A stretch of DNA of 64,000 nt, from assembly GCA_934561055.1 (NCBI GenBank), contig CAKTFN010000007.1:25241-89240 (forward strand), in the 5' to 3' direction. Of this stretch, positions 8,664 through 18,268 are shown piece after piece. The notes below the pieces were generated by a model. It was not told the DNA's origin. It searched no databases and saw only the letters and a list, made by a program, of their open reading frames with translations. The DNA is from an uncultured Eubacteriales bacterium. Its GTDB lineage: Bacteria > Bacillota > Clostridia > Oscillospirales > Acutalibacteraceae. How positions within the stretch are numbered: position 1 is the stretch's first letter; each line of letters starts with the position of its first letter. The position numbers were made by a program, and so were the translations under genes.

Positions 8664-11264
8664 TTATCCCTTTGCGTCATACCAGGTTTTTCCGGTGTGG
8701 ACGTCGGCAAGGAGCTTTACGCGCATTTTGCAGGCGTTTTCCATCTCCTCTTTCAAAAGGGCGGAAACCTTTTCCTTTTCGCCCTCATCGCATTCAACAA
8801 TCAGTTCGTCGTGAACCTGCATGATGAGCTTTGCGCTTTTTGCTTCCTTTGAAAGCCGGTCGTTGACCTTTACCATTGCGATTTTTATGATGTCTGCGGC
8901 CGTTCCCTGAACGGGCATATTGCGTGCAACACGTTCGCCGAAAGCCTGAAGCATCTTATTTGCGGCGGTAAGCTCGGGAAGATAGCGGCGGCGGTGGAAC
9001 AGCGTTTGGGCAAAGCCGTCTTCCCTCGCTTTTGTGACAACGTCTTTCATGTAGCGGTCAATTCCGCTGTAATGGTGAAGATAGCCTTTGATATAAGCGT
9101 CCGCCTCTTTTCGGGTAACGCCGATATCCTTTGCAAGCGAGAATGCGCCGATTCCGTATACTATTCCAAAATTGACGGCCTTTGCACGACTTCGCATGAG
9201 CGGCGTCACCATATGAAGCGGCATATTGAAAACCTGAGAAGCGGTGATTGCATGGATATCGTCATCATTTTTGAATGCGGTCAGCATCGCTTCGTCGTTC
9301 GCAATTTCGGCAAGAACACGAAGTTCGATTTGCGAATAGTCGGCGTCAACAAGAATTCTGCCTTCGCCCGCAGTGAAAAAGCGGCGAATCTCCCTTCCTT
9401 CTTTATATCTTACGGGAATGTTTTGAAGGTTCGGCTCAAGCGAGGAAATCCGTCCCGTTCTGGTTTCGGTCTGGTTTAAGGTTGAGCGGATTCTTCCGTC
9501 CGGCTCAATCTGCTTCAAAAGTCCGTCGCAGTAGGTTGACTTAAGCTTTGCAAGCATACGATATGTGAGAATATCCGAAACAACAGGGTAATCGTAGGAA
9601 AGAGATTCAAGCACTTCGGCGCTTGTTGAATAGCCGCTTTTGGTCTTTTTCTTTGCCGGAATACCCATTTTTTCAAAAAGGGCTTCGCCAAGCTGTTTCG
9701 GCGAATTGAGGTTGAATTCAAAGCCGACGGCGGAAAAAATCTTTTCGCTGATTTCGTCAATACGTTCTTGAAGCTTTTCTCCGTAGCGTGCAATTTCGTC
9801 TTTGTCAACAAGAAAGCCCGTGTTTTCCATCGAGGCAAGAACCTTTGCAAGCGGTTGTTCAATTTCATAAAGAAGATTTTCCTGGCCGTTTTCTTTTATT
9901 TCAGCCGAACATTTTTCGCTGACGGCTTTTATCACCGCCGCACTTTGGGCGAATTTTTTTGCGCTTTCCGGGCAGTCGATGTCGGGAATTTCAACGCCGA
10001 GAGTATCTGCAAGACGAAGCGGATCATAGCTGTTTGCCGAAGGATTAAGAATATATCCGGCGAGCGTCGTGTCCATGAAAAGGTTATTGAACTTCGACCC
10101 GCTTTTTTCCGCAAAACGGAAAAGCTCCTTGCTGTCGCAAGTTATTTTTTTCCACTCCCCTTCAAAAAAGCTTTTTGAAAAAGAGTCAAAATCAAAGCAG
10201 TTCGACTGAACAAAGCGGATTTCGCTTCCGACGCAAAAATAAAAAGCCGCCGGATTTTTCCCCTCAAACTCGGTGACGAAACAGGCTTCGCCCGAATTTT
10301 TGAATTCTCCCAAAAGGCCGCAAAGGTCACGTTCCTCTTTGAAAACGAAAGTTTCCTTTTCCTTTTTTTCTTCTTCGGGTACGATTGAAATTCCGTCTCT
10401 GGTCAGACCGAGCTTTTCAATCATTGAAAACATTTCGAGCGAAACAAGAAGGCTGATTGACTCTTTTGCGTTCGGCTCTTTTTTGGCGTAGGAAGCCATG
10501 TCGGTATCAATCGGTGCGTCAAGGCAGATTGTTCCGAGCGTTTTTGAAAGGTATGCGCTGTCTTTTCCGGCTTCAAGCTTGTCGTGAACGCCTTTTTTGA
10601 TGTCGAGCGTATCAAGTTCGGCATAGATTTTGTCAATCGTACCGAAGCGCTTTATAAGGTCGCCGGCGGTTTTCTGTCCGATTCCGGGAACGCCGGGAAT
10701 GTTGTCGGACGAATCGCCCATGAGCGCCTTGATTTCAATCATGCCTTCGGGCGCAACGCCGTATTCTTCAAAAAGTTTTTCTTTGTCATAAACAACCGTC
10801 TGCGGCTTTCCCATTTTTGTTGAGGCGAGCATAACAACGGTGTTGTCGGAAATAAGCTGAAGCGAGTCACGGTCGCCCGTTGCAACAAAACAGCGGTCGC
10901 CGCTTTTGACGTGAGCCGAAAGCGTTCCGAGAATATCGTCCGCCTCAAAGCCCTCTTTTTCAACAAGGGTATAGCCGAGAGAAGAAAGCAGCTTTTTAAG
11001 AAGCGGCATCTGACTTGCAAGTTCGGGCGGCATACCTTTCCTTCCGGCCTTATATGCGTCATACATTTTGTGGCGGAACGTCGGCGCTTTCAGGTCGAAC
11101 GCAATTGCGACGCAGTCGGGTTCACACTCCTCCTCAAGGCGAAGCAGTATATTCATAAAGCCGTATATCGCATTGGTAAACTGGCCGTTTTTTGTTGAAA
11201 GAAGTTTTATTGCGTAAAACGCACGGTTAACAATACTGTTGCCGTCAACAACAAGAAGTTTCAT
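8664..11264 (-). CDS. polA: DNA polymerase I
   Basis: 5-prime nuclease N-terminus MKLLVVDGNSIVNRAFYA. Pol A motifs DYSQIELRVLA and QVHDELI. RBS GGGAGGAAAA precedes the ATG at 11264. Confidence 0.95.
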   Translation of the reverse strand: MKLLVVDGNSIVNRAFYAIKLLSTKNGQFTNAIYGFMNILLRLEEECEPDCVAIAFDLKAPTFRHKMYDAYKAGRKGMPPELASQMPLLKKLLSSLGYTLVEKEGFEADDILGTLSAHVKSGDRCFVATGDRDSLQLISDNTVVMLASTKMGKPQTVVYDKEKLFEEYGVAPEGMIEIKALMGDSSDNIPGVPGIGQKTAGDLIKRFGTIDKIYAELDTLDIKKGVHDKLEAGKDSAYLSKTLGTICLDAPIDTDMASYAKKEPNAKESISLLVSLEMFSMIEKLGLTRDGISIVPEEEKKEKETFVFKEERDLCGLLGEFKNSGEACFVTEFEGKNPAAFYFCVGSEIRFVQSNCFDFDSFSKSFFEGEWKKITCDSKELFRFAEKSGSKFNNLFMDTTLAGYILNPSANSYDPLRLADTLGVEIPDIDCPESAKKFAQSAAVIKAVSEKCSAEIKENGQENLLYEIEQPLAKVLASMENTGFLVDKDEIARYGEKLQERIDEISEKIFSAVGFEFNLNSPKQLGEALFEKMGIPAKKKTKSGYSTSAEVLESLSYDYPVVSDILTYRMLAKLKSTYCDGLLKQIEPDGRIRSTLNQTETRTGRISSLEPNLQNIPVRYKEGREIRRFFTAGEGRILVDADYSQIELRVLAEIANDEAMLTAFKNDDDIHAITASQVFNMPLHMVTPLMRSRAKAVNFGIVYGIGAFSLAKDIGVTRKEADAYIKGYLHHYSGIDRYMKDVVTKAREDGFAQTLFHRRRYLPELTAANKMLQAFGERVARNMPVQGTAADIIKIAMVKVNDRLSKEAKSAKLIMQVHDELIVECDEGEKEKVSALLKEEMENACKMRVKLLADVHTGKTWYDAKG

Positions 11265-11394
11265 GGGTTTTTCCTCCCGTAACATAAATAACATAATTAG
11301 TATATCACAAATTTCAAAAAATGGGTGCAAAAATTTCAATATTATGCTAAAATATACCGGTTATTATTTTGCAGTCACGAAAGGTCAGCATAAA

Positions 11395-12363
11395 ATGAAA
11401 ATTGGTAACATTGAAATTGATTCACGAACCGCAGGACTTGCCCCGATGGCAGGCGTTGCGGATATGGCGTTCCGCGAGCTTTGCTGTGAGTACGGCGCAA
11501 GCTACGTCGTCAGCGAAATGGTCAGCTCAAAGGGGCTTACAATGTGCGACAGAAAAAGCAAAAAGCTCCTTGTTCTTTCCGACAGGGAGCGCCCTGCCGC
11601 AGCGCAGATTTTCGGCAGCGACCCCGAAATTATGGCGCAGTCGGCGAGGGAATGCCTTGCTTTTTCGCCGGACGTTATCGACATCAACATGGGTTGCCCG
11701 GCACCGAAAATCGCCGGAAACGGCGGCGGAAGCGCACTTCTCAAAGACCCCGTCCTCGCCGAAAAAATCATCAAGGCCGTGGTTGACTCGGTGGATATCC
11801 CCGTCACGGTAAAAATCAGAACCGGCTGGGACGGCGAACACATCAACGCAGTCGAAATGGCAAAACGTGCGGAAAACGCCGGAGCCGCCGCAATCACCGT
11901 TCACGGAAGGACAAAGGAGCAAATGTATGCTCCGCCCGTTGACACAAAGACGATTGCCCTCGTCAAAAAAAGCGTTTCGATTCCGGTCATTGCAAACGGC
12001 GACGTTACCGACGGCCTTTCCGCCGCAAAAATGATTGAGGAAACAAACTGCGATTTCATTCTTGTCGGAAGGGGCGCACTCGGCAGACCGTGGGTATTCA
12101 GCCGGATAAGCGCATATTTAAAGCACGAGATTATTCTTCCGGAGCCGCCCGTCAGCGAACAGATGAGAGTCATGGTCAGACATATTGAACGAATCTGCGA
12201 ATACAAGGGCGAAAAAGTCGGAATCCGTGAAGCGAGAAAGCACGCTGCCTGGTACATCAAGGGAATCAGAGGTGCGGCGGCGTACCGGAAAGAGGTCGGT
12301 TCGCTTTCTTCGGTTGAAGAGCTTAAAAGACTTGCGTTCAAAATTGCTTCGGAAAACAGCTGA
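11395..12363 (+). CDS. dus: tRNA-dihydrouridine synthase
   Basis: Dus family motifs LAPMAGVADMAFR, DINMGCP and VHGRT. RBS GAAAGG precedes the ATG at 11395. Confidence 0.9.
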   Translation: MKIGNIEIDSRTAGLAPMAGVADMAFRELCCEYGASYVVSEMVSSKGLTMCDRKSKKLLVLSDRERPAAAQIFGSDPEIMAQSARECLAFSPDVIDINMGCPAPKIAGNGGGSALLKDPVLAEKIIKAVVDSVDIPVTVKIRTGWDGEHINAVEMAKRAENAGAAAITVHGRTKEQMYAPPVDTKTIALVKKSVSIPVIANGDVTDGLSAAKMIEETNCDFILVGRGALGRPWVFSRISAYLKHEIILPEPPVSEQMRVMVRHIERICEYKGEKVGIREARKHAAWYIKGIRGAAAYRKEVGSLSSVEELKRLAFKIASENS

Positions 12364-12407
12364 AAAATCGGGGACTGCGGTTTAATTCACCGCAGTCCCT
12401 TTCAAAA
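12364..12407. terminator. bidirectional terminator between dus and rmuC
   Basis: GGGGACTGCGG-TTTAATTCA-CCGCAGTCCCT, with T-runs on both strands. Confidence 0.7.
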
Positions 12408-12413
12408 TATTCC

Positions 12414-13679
12414 TTATTCGATTTCAAGAATTTTTTCCGCTTCGCTCTGTTCGATTTCTTCAACACTGCGCAACCTTTTTTGAATTTGCTCGTTCCTCGT
12501 CTGAGCGTCGTCAAGCGTTTTTCCGGCTTCGTCGATTTTCTTTCTTGCCTTTTCAAGAACAATGCCGAATTTTTCATACTGGGTTTTTGCCGCCGCAAGG
12601 AGCTTTCTGATTTCCTTCGCCTTTTCGTTGATTGCCATCGCTCTGAAGCCGACGGAAAGCGAATTGAGAAGTGCGGTTATCGTTGAAGGTCCGGCAATCA
12701 TTACACGAAACTCGTTTTGACAGCGTTCCGCAATTCCGTTTTTCGAGCCGATGATTTCGCCGTAAAGACCTTCCGTTGCAAGATACATAATCGCAAAAGG
12801 AGTTGTCGCAGGCTCGTTGATATATTTTTTGACGTCCTTAGCCTGAGCGATTACTCTCGCTTCAAGAGCTTTTCTCGCCGCTTCAACTCCGGCGGAATCT
12901 CCGCTGTCGGCGGCCGAACAAAGTCTGATGTAATCCTCAACCGGAAACTTTGAGTCAATCGGAAGATAAGTGAAAGAGCTTTTGTCGTCTCCGGAGGGAA
13001 TCTTAACGGCGAATTCGACAACCTCTCTCGTTGCGTTCGGAGAATAATTTTTGACGAACATTGTCGGAATGGTCTGCTCAAGAAGCCCTTCAAGCTGAAC
13101 CTCCGCCCAAGTTCCCCTCGCCTTGACGTTGGTGAGAATACGGTTGAGCGAGGTGACGTTTTCGGTTACGCCGGATGAAAGGATTTTCATCTCTCCGAGG
13201 GATTTATAAACGTTTTCAAGCTGTTCGCTGACCGTTTTGAAGGAGGAATCGAGCCTCTTTGTGAGCGTTTCGTTGAGCTTTTCGTCAACGGTGAGGCGGA
13301 TCTGCTCAAGCTTTTCGCTGTTTTCGGTTCTGATTTGAGTCAGACTTTGAGCAATCGCCGCAGTCATCTTTGCGTTGATTTCGTAATTTTCCTTCGTCAT
13401 TTTTTCAAGCTTTTCACTCATTGCGGAAAGGGAGTTGCTTACATCCTGCCTTTGGGCGGCCTGATACTGAGCGTTTTCCATTCTGCTGCGGCTGAACTCA
13501 TCACCGATTGCTGAGGACACACTGCAAAGCGAATCTGAAATTTTTTCTCCGTTTTTCTCCTGAGCCGAAAGCAAATCGGAATATTCTTTTTTATTGTTCT
13601 TTTTGAGGACTAAAATTAAGATGATTACGTTTATAATTAGAAGAACCGCAACGAGCGCATTGAGAAGCATTGATTCCAT
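12414..13679 (-). CDS. rmuC: DNA recombination protein RmuC
   Basis: N-terminal TM segment, a long coiled coil, then an RmuC nuclease-like core (RGTWAEVQLEGLLEQ). Confidence 0.85.
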   Translation of the reverse strand: MESMLLNALVAVLLIINVIILILVLKKNNKKEYSDLLSAQEKNGEKISDSLCSVSSAIGDEFSRSRMENAQYQAAQRQDVSNSLSAMSEKLEKMTKENYEINAKMTAAIAQSLTQIRTENSEKLEQIRLTVDEKLNETLTKRLDSSFKTVSEQLENVYKSLGEMKILSSGVTENVTSLNRILTNVKARGTWAEVQLEGLLEQTIPTMFVKNYSPNATREVVEFAVKIPSGDDKSSFTYLPIDSKFPVEDYIRLCSAADSGDSAGVEAARKALEARVIAQAKDVKKYINEPATTPFAIMYLATEGLYGEIIGSKNGIAERCQNEFRVMIAGPSTITALLNSLSVGFRAMAINEKAKEIRKLLAAAKTQYEKFGIVLEKARKKIDEAGKTLDDAQTRNEQIQKRLRSVEEIEQSEAEKILEIE

Positions 13680-13780
13680 TGTTTTGACCTCCGAAAATTG
13701 TTTTCGGTGAATATTATACCATCCGAAAATTGCTTCTTGATTGCTAATCAGAAAAATAAAACAAAAGGACTGAACAAAGA

Positions 13781-15409
13781 ATGAAAAAATTTCTTTCGAT
13801 ATTTTTCTCGGTATTAATAATTTTCTGCTTTTTCACCGCCTGCTCAAAAGACGGCTCGGGTGAACAAATGGTTTTTCCGATTGACAGCGAGCCGCAGTAT
13901 CTCGACCCTCAAATCGTTTCGGAGCAAGGAGCGGCGAACATCATTCAAAACTGCTTTGAAGGGCTTGTGACTTACGGCGAAAACGGAGCCGTCGTTCCGG
14001 CCGGCTGCGAAAGCTACAGCGTTTCGCCCGACGGAACAACCTATACCTTCTCTCTTTGTCAGGACGCAAAATGGAAGGTTTCAAGCTATGCGAAGGCTCT
14101 TTTTCAAGACGGCGAATTTGAAAAATTCGACAACCGTGTGACAGCGGCTGACTATGTTTTCGCCTTCCGACGTGTTGCCTGCGCCGACACGGGTTCATCG
14201 GCTTTTCCGTATATCGCAAGCGTCAAAAACGCAAAGGCTGTTCACGAGGGAAAGCTCTCGGAAAAAATGCTCGGCGTTCGTGCCGAAGGCGATTTTACGC
14301 TGGTCATCGAGCTTGAAAGAGCGGACGGCGATTTCATTTATGCACTCACGAGGCCGGCGTTCGTCCCCTGCAACGAAACGTTTTTTGAAATGACGAACGG
14401 AAGATACTGCCTTTCCGTTGCAAACATCATTTCAAACGGCCCGTTCTTCATCACAAACTGGGCGGACAACACGGCAATCACCGCAAGGAAAAACGACCTT
14501 TACCACTCGGCAGACAGCGTTCTCCCCTCTTCGGTTTACTTTTCTTTCAACAATGAAAAAGGAACAAGAGGCGAAAAGGTCAAAGACGGAGTTTACGAGG
14601 TTTCTCCCGTTGACGAGGTTCAGGCCGCAGCGCTCTCTTCGGAAAAAAAAGTCACCGTCCGTCCGTTTGAAAACGGCTGCTTTGCCCTTCTTTTCAACTG
14701 TTCAAACGAGTACCTTAAAAACGCATACCTTCGTGCCGCCCTCGCCGCCTCGCTCGACAAGGAATATTTTTTTGAAGAGGGAGGCGAAACGGCAGGCGGA
14801 ATCATTCCGCCCGATTCAACGTTCGGCGGCGCACCATACCGAAAAATGGCGGGAATTGTTGCTTTCACGGACAGCGGCACAGATGTTGCCGGGCAATATC
14901 TCAAAAAGGCTCAGTCCGCCCTTGAAAAAGAGAGCTTTTCGCTTTCGGTTCTCTGCGACGAAAAAAACGAGCTTGCCGTCAGAAAGGTTCTTCAAAACTG
15001 GCAGTCGGTTCTGAGCGTCAAAAGCAGCATCACGGTCAAGGTTGTCGATTCGCAGACACTGTCTGAAAAAATTGAAAAAGGAGATTTTCAGCTTGCGTTC
15101 TCTCAGCTTCTTTTCGACTCGGACACGGCTCAGGGCGTTCTTCTTCGCTTTTCAAAAGACAGCGCCGACAACGTTTTCGGCTTTTCTTCAAACCGCTACG
15201 AAGCCCTTTTATCCGCCGCTCAAAACGCAAAAAGCGACCGGGACTTCCTTTCCGCCCTCAAAAAAGCGGAGCAATATCTTTCAAACAGCGCCGTTATCGT
15301 TCCGATTGAAAAAAGGAACGGCTATTTCGCCCAGGCAAAGGGCGTTTCCGGGGTTATCTATTCCCCCGGCGGAGAATTTGTATATTTCAAAAACGCAATC
15401 AGGAAATAA
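13781..15409 (+). CDS. ABC-type family-5 (OppA/DppA-like) solute-binding lipoprotein
   Basis: Lipobox FFTAC at the N-terminus. SBP_bac_5-like pattern LDPQ..GAANIIQNCFEGLVTYGENG..VPAGCESYSVSPDGTTYTFSL. Confidence 0.85.
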   Translation: MKKFLSIFFSVLIIFCFFTACSKDGSGEQMVFPIDSEPQYLDPQIVSEQGAANIIQNCFEGLVTYGENGAVVPAGCESYSVSPDGTTYTFSLCQDAKWKVSSYAKALFQDGEFEKFDNRVTAADYVFAFRRVACADTGSSAFPYIASVKNAKAVHEGKLSEKMLGVRAEGDFTLVIELERADGDFIYALTRPAFVPCNETFFEMTNGRYCLSVANIISNGPFFITNWADNTAITARKNDLYHSADSVLPSSVYFSFNNEKGTRGEKVKDGVYEVSPVDEVQAAALSSEKKVTVRPFENGCFALLFNCSNEYLKNAYLRAALAASLDKEYFFEEGGETAGGIIPPDSTFGGAPYRKMAGIVAFTDSGTDVAGQYLKKAQSALEKESFSLSVLCDEKNELAVRKVLQNWQSVLSVKSSITVKVVDSQTLSEKIEKGDFQLAFSQLLFDSDTAQGVLLRFSKDSADNVFGFSSNRYEALLSAAQNAKSDRDFLSALKKAEQYLSNSAVIVPIEKRNGYFAQAKGVSGVIYSPGGEFVYFKNAIRK

Positions 15410-15417
15410 GGTAAAAA

Positions 15418-16626
15418 ATGAACTCGATAAAAGGCAATTATAAATTCACGACCTACGCCTGCTTTGTCGGCTACATCGTTCAGGCAATCGTAAACAACTT
15501 CGTTCCCCTGCTTTTCGTAACGTTTCAAAAGAGCTACGAAATTCCCCTTTCGCAAATCACGTTGCTCATCACAATTAACTTTGTGATTCAGCTTGCGGTT
15601 GACGTTCTTTCAGCGTTTTTCGTTGACAAAATCGGTTACCGTGCGTCTGCGGTGCTTGCCCACATTTTTTCGGCGGCCGGTTTCATCCTTCTCACGGTTC
15701 TTCCGGACGCATTTGAAAACCACTTTTTCGGAATACTCGTCTCGGTTGTTATTTATGCAATCGGCGGCGGACTTCTTGAAGTTTTGATTAGTCCGATTAT
15801 CGAAGCCTGCCCGACGGACAACAAAGAAAAAGCGATGAGCCTTCTTCATTCGTTTTACTGCTGGGGTCACATGGGAGTTGTTCTTCTTTCGACTGCGTTT
15901 TTTGCGGTTTTCGGAATTGAAAAGTGGAAATTTCTTGCGCTTTTTTGGGCGATTATTCCGATTCTCAACGCCCTTTTGTTTTCAAAAGTTCCGATATATC
16001 CGCTTCAGACCGAAGGCGAAAAAGGTCTTTCGATGAAAAACCTTTTTTCAAAGAAAATCTTTTGGATTCTTCTTCTCATGATGGTCTGTTCGGGAGCGAG
16101 CGAACAGGCTGTCAGCCAATGGGCTTCAACCTTTGCCGAGCAGGGACTCGGAGTGAGCAAAACAATCGGCGACCTCATGGGTCCGATGGCCTTTGCGGCG
16201 CTGATGGGAACCTCACGGCTGATTTTCGGAAAATTCGGAGAAAAGATGAATCTTGACCGATTCATGAGTCTCAGCTGCGTTCTTTGCCTTCTTTCTTATC
16301 TTTGCATTGCCTTTGTTCCTTCGCCGATAATCAGTCTCATCGGCTGTGCGGTTTGCGGCTTTTCGGTCGGAATTCTCTGGCCGGGAACGTTCAGCAAAGC
16401 GGCGCTTGAAATCAAAGGCGGCGGAACCGCCCTTTTTGCTTTGCTTGCCCTTGCGGGTGACATCGGCTGTTGCTTTGGACCGACGCTTGCCGGGTTTGTT
16501 TCGGACTCTGTCAAAGGTAATCTTAAAATCGGAATCCTTTCGGCAAGCATTTTTCCCCTTCTTCTTTTGCTCGGAATTTTTCTTTCAAAAAAAGAGCATA
16601 AAAATAACGGTCTGCCCTTGCATTAA
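15418..16626 (+). CDS. MFS transporter
   Basis: About 12 hydrophobic segments in two halves separated by a central loop. It starts 8 nt after the SBP stop with its own weak RBS (AAGGTAAAAA). Confidence 0.8.
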   Translation: MNSIKGNYKFTTYACFVGYIVQAIVNNFVPLLFVTFQKSYEIPLSQITLLITINFVIQLAVDVLSAFFVDKIGYRASAVLAHIFSAAGFILLTVLPDAFENHFFGILVSVVIYAIGGGLLEVLISPIIEACPTDNKEKAMSLLHSFYCWGHMGVVLLSTAFFAVFGIEKWKFLALFWAIIPILNALLFSKVPIYPLQTEGEKGLSMKNLFSKKIFWILLLMMVCSGASEQAVSQWASTFAEQGLGVSKTIGDLMGPMAFAALMGTSRLIFGKFGEKMNLDRFMSLSCVLCLLSYLCIAFVPSPIISLIGCAVCGFSVGILWPGTFSKAALEIKGGGTALFALLALAGDIGCCFGPTLAGFVSDSVKGNLKIGILSASIFPLLLLLGIFLSKKEHKNNGLPLH

Positions 16627-16651
16627 GCTTCGGCAGACCGCATTTTTTATT
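16609..16651. terminator. bidirectional terminator between the MFS gene and the tagF-like gene
   Basis: GGTCTGCC..GGCAGACC followed by GCATTTTTTATT. It overlaps both stop codons. Confidence 0.65.
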
Positions 16652-18080
16652 CTTCGGTTTCTTTGTTTTCTTCTTTTGTTTCCTCTTCGGTTTCATGGCT
16701 TTCGTCGTTTTCGTCGTCACCGTTTTCTTCTTCCTCTTCTTCGGGTTCAACGTAATCTTCGGAATGAGGAATGAGATGATACGGCTTTTTTTCAAGCGGT
16801 TCTTCACGCTTATGCTTTTCAAGGTCGTCACCGAACATAACGTCCATGATTCTTTCGGTTGCGTGGCCGTCGCAGGAGGACATGAACTTTTCTCTGAACG
16901 CATGAACTCTTTCCTTGTCAAAGAGTTTGTCAATGTTCTGAATATACTCGATTATTTCGGTCGTATTCTTCACAACGGGTCCCGGAGCAAGCTCAAAGTA
17001 ATCGTAATAAAAACCTCTCCAATCGAAGAACTTTTCAAGGTCATGAGCGAGGAAAATCATCGGTCTTTCAAAGAGCGAATATTCAAAAACAAGCGACGAA
17101 TAGTCGGAAATGCAGATATCGCTGACGCAAAGAAGGTCTTCAATCGTCATTTCGTCCGTTACGTCACGGGCAAAATCGGCGCAAACGTCCTGAATTACGG
17201 GGCGTTTTCTGACAAGCGGATGGTGCTTGATGAGAAGAACATATTCGTCACCGAGAACATATTTCATGAATTCGGGGCTGAGAATGTTCGGAGTTTTTGC
17301 CTTTGCAACCCTTCCTCTGAACGTCGGAGCGTAAAGAATTACCTTCTTTCCCTTCGCCTGAGGCATAAGCTCATAAAGGTTTTCAAAAGCCTTTGCAATG
17401 AAGTCCTTGTCATAAAAAATGTCTGTTCGGCTGCTTCCGAGCGCTTTGACAACGCCGCTTTCGTGGCTGTAATTCATCGCTTCTTCATATGCCCAGATAA
17501 CTTCCGGACTGCTGACGGTTACGTTGGTATATCCCCGGTTGAACGGATACTTGTCCATTTCCTTTCTCGATGCGCCGAAAATTGCGTCGGCGGTGCTGTA
17601 GCCGAATTTTTTGAATGCGCCGCAGCCGTGCCAAAGCTGAGTTATCACGGTTTCCGGGCGGAATTTGACGTGAGCGGTGACGTTCGTTGCCTCGTCAAAA
17701 AAGACATATTTCGCCGTTGCGATGTCACGAAGCATTTTTACGCAGTTTTTTCTGTACTGATTCCTTTTAACATAGGTGTTTCTGAGAAAATGGCAATGAA
17801 GGTCATAATCGTAATTCGTGTAAAGGGTGTCATACATAAGCTTAAAGCTGTTCGTGAGGCTCGGAAGTCTCAGCTCGATGAAGACAACCTTCTTTTCGTC
17901 AACGGGTTTTCTTGCCGCCCTTCTGTAAACACCGGGATAAAGAATTTTGAAAACATAAAACTTATAAAGCGGATTTGTTGCTTTGATTAACTTCGCTTTA
18001 AGTTTTCTGAAGTTTCGGACGAAAAAAAGATAGACGGTATAAAGAAACGTACTTTGAAGAAATTCTTTGATTTTAGCCAT
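16647..18080 (-). CDS. CDP-glycerol glycerophosphotransferase (TagB/TagF family) protein with a poly-acidic C-terminal tail
   Basis: TagF-family motif QLWHGCGAFKKFGYS and APTFRG. The ATG at 18080 is preceded by GAAAGGATG. The last 45 aa or so are E/D-rich (EPEEEEEENGDDENDESHETEEETKEENKETEE). Confidence 0.85.
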   Translation of the reverse strand: MAKIKEFLQSTFLYTVYLFFVRNFRKLKAKLIKATNPLYKFYVFKILYPGVYRRAARKPVDEKKVVFIELRLPSLTNSFKLMYDTLYTNYDYDLHCHFLRNTYVKRNQYRKNCVKMLRDIATAKYVFFDEATNVTAHVKFRPETVITQLWHGCGAFKKFGYSTADAIFGASRKEMDKYPFNRGYTNVTVSSPEVIWAYEEAMNYSHESGVVKALGSSRTDIFYDKDFIAKAFENLYELMPQAKGKKVILYAPTFRGRVAKAKTPNILSPEFMKYVLGDEYVLLIKHHPLVRKRPVIQDVCADFARDVTDEMTIEDLLCVSDICISDYSSLVFEYSLFERPMIFLAHDLEKFFDWRGFYYDYFELAPGPVVKNTTEIIEYIQNIDKLFDKERVHAFREKFMSSCDGHATERIMDVMFGDDLEKHKREEPLEKKPYHLIPHSEDYVEPEEEEEENGDDENDESHETEEETKEENKETEE

Positions 18081-18268
18081 TAAAAAAGCAGCATCCTTTC
18101 GATTTTTTGAGTTGACATACAGGTTATATTTTATACTAATTTTGTTTTTTGTCAAGATGCAGAAAAAGTTTTGGTTCGGAATATGATGAAAAAGAACGAA
18201 ACTTCTTGATTTTTTATTTCGGCGGTGATATACTGTCAACATTGATTCTTGAGAGGAGCTTTAAGAGT

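Noticed and set aside
9700-10400. The degenerate 3-prime-5-prime exonuclease region of Pol I (VTEFEG in place of a DxE Exo I motif).
   Set aside because: An inactive proofreading domain is well known for Firmicute Pol I (Bst-type), so this is not unusual.
16695-17990. A very long antisense ORF (431 aa). Similar cases are at 39628..40749 (373 aa), 7493..8386, 60105..60863, 63173..63895 and 32675..33400.
   Set aside because: Each lies fully opposite a well-supported conserved gene. None has an RBS. All have odd F/R/C/K/N-rich composition and resemble no family. They are most simply explained by sense-strand codon usage that avoids antisense stops.
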